64,000 nt of DNA from Basidiobolus meristosporus CBS 931.73 (Eukaryota; Fungi; Basidiobolomycota): positions 10,442 through 74,441 of the forward strand of contig MCFE01000439.1 of NCBI GenBank assembly GCA_002104905.1, given 5' to 3'. Positions within the stretch are counted from its first letter, which is position 1. Every line of letters starts with the position of its first letter. Positions 63,117 through 64,000 of this stretch are shown here, piece after piece. Both the position numbers and the translations under genes were made by a program. The notes under the pieces are model-generated. The model did not search any database and had not been told where the DNA came from. It saw only the letters and a program-made list of their open reading frames with translations.

Positions 63117-64000
63117 TTGTGGTGTATTATCAAGTATTCACCGTCACATAAATCACGCAGCAGTTGTTGTATCCCTATCCCAATGGCATTAGAAGCCAGC
63201 AGTTACAAGGAGCATCAGAAAAATTTTGGCATTTACCTGGCGACGGTGGCAGGTGTAACAAAACGCAGCTATTGCTTGATGACCATTACCCCGTCTATGA
63301 GATACTTGCTATTATATGGAGGGTATTCTGTTGAGCACTTTCAAGACAGCAAAATATCCCCGCCTTATGATGAGCGTATAGCTGAAGAAACATCCGGCCG
63401 TGGAATACTCTATGAGCCCAGCTCAAAGGTTCAAATGATTCACCTTGCAGATCTACACGGTGATGAAGACATCACAGTGACAGTTCTCCCGACTCCAGAC
63501 AACATATCAACTTCAGAGGCAGCCAAAGGGGTGATTTTAATTGGCAACAGCTGTGCTAGTGACCACGAGAATCTCTACATATATGGTGGTTTTGAGCTGA
63601 GCCGTAGAGAATACTCAGGGCAACATGAAAGTGCCAAAAAACGGGGGAAAAAAGCGATACAAAGCAAGAGTGGGGAGACAATCAATAGAAGACTGAGCAA
63701 GCTGGAGGTAATCATGTACAAAGATGGCAATGGATGCTCCAGAGTATTGGAGACTAGGCCATTCTTGAATAATCCGGCAATTATGCCTTCAGCAAGAGGT
63801 TGGGCAGTTCTTACGTACGCATTTGATTGCTTATTCTTGGTGGGCGGCTATCCTACACCATTGGAACCACCTTATACCCAACCAAATGGAGTTTTTTAAA
63901 CGAGTTCTACTGTTTAAAATTGCGAACTGGTGATTGGGAAAGACGATATGTACACTCAGCAATACAGGAGCTTGGAGAAAACTTTATTGCTGTGGTAAAC
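63117..64000 (+). CDS. Kelch/galactose-oxidase-type beta-propeller ORF, frameshifted at the T-run 63892-63897, running off the window
   Basis: YLLLYGGY, LYIYGGF, MPSARGWAVL..LFLVGGY; after a one-base shift it continues LNEFYCLKLRTGDW. The start codon is uncertain. Confidence 0.6.

Noticed and set aside
63117-64000. RAG2-like protein of a RAG/Transib transposon
   Set aside because: Only generic Kelch GG motifs are visible, and there is no RAG1/Transib ORF or RSS-like TIR in the window.

Overview
Intron-rich fungal genomic DNA with GT-AG introns of mostly about 50-90 nt and CTAAC/CTAAT branch points; an early-diverging fungus such as Basidiobolus/Zoopagomycota is my inference, not a database result. 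Positions 1-52,000 are gene-dense: a His-rich unknown gene, NIPA Mg transporter, FIS1, RSL1D1, PIF1, RER1, RPL28, eIF2B-beta, CAF1, TIM8, RPL20, RBM26-like, RSE1/SF3B3, CPSF2, MED7, eIF5A, TRM8, FCP1, SPT6, G-beta and RPS1. This part also holds three tRNA-Thr(CGT) genes, an eEF2 pseudogene fragment, a secreted protein with four trefoil-like repeats, and a 1.3-kb inverted duplication of a CAP/SCP gene enclosing 6.9 kb. Positions about 53,700-64,000 are repeat-rich and largely CpG-depleted. They contain three Copia LTRs, two 3'-truncated Copia bodies each capped by the 3' end of an antisense LINE (one junction carries (TTAGGG)3), two covarying GNA-loop hairpins, a 10-bp-phased TGCC array, a 155-bp tandem array, decayed ORFs and a Kelch-repeat ORF. 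The best candidates for novelty are the telomere-repeat-tailed LINE junctions, the 4-Cys trefoil-repeat protein and the tRNA-bracketed inverted CAP duplication. Gene spans and splice sites were inferred by eye. Isolated single-base frameshifts in homopolymer runs may be assembly errors.
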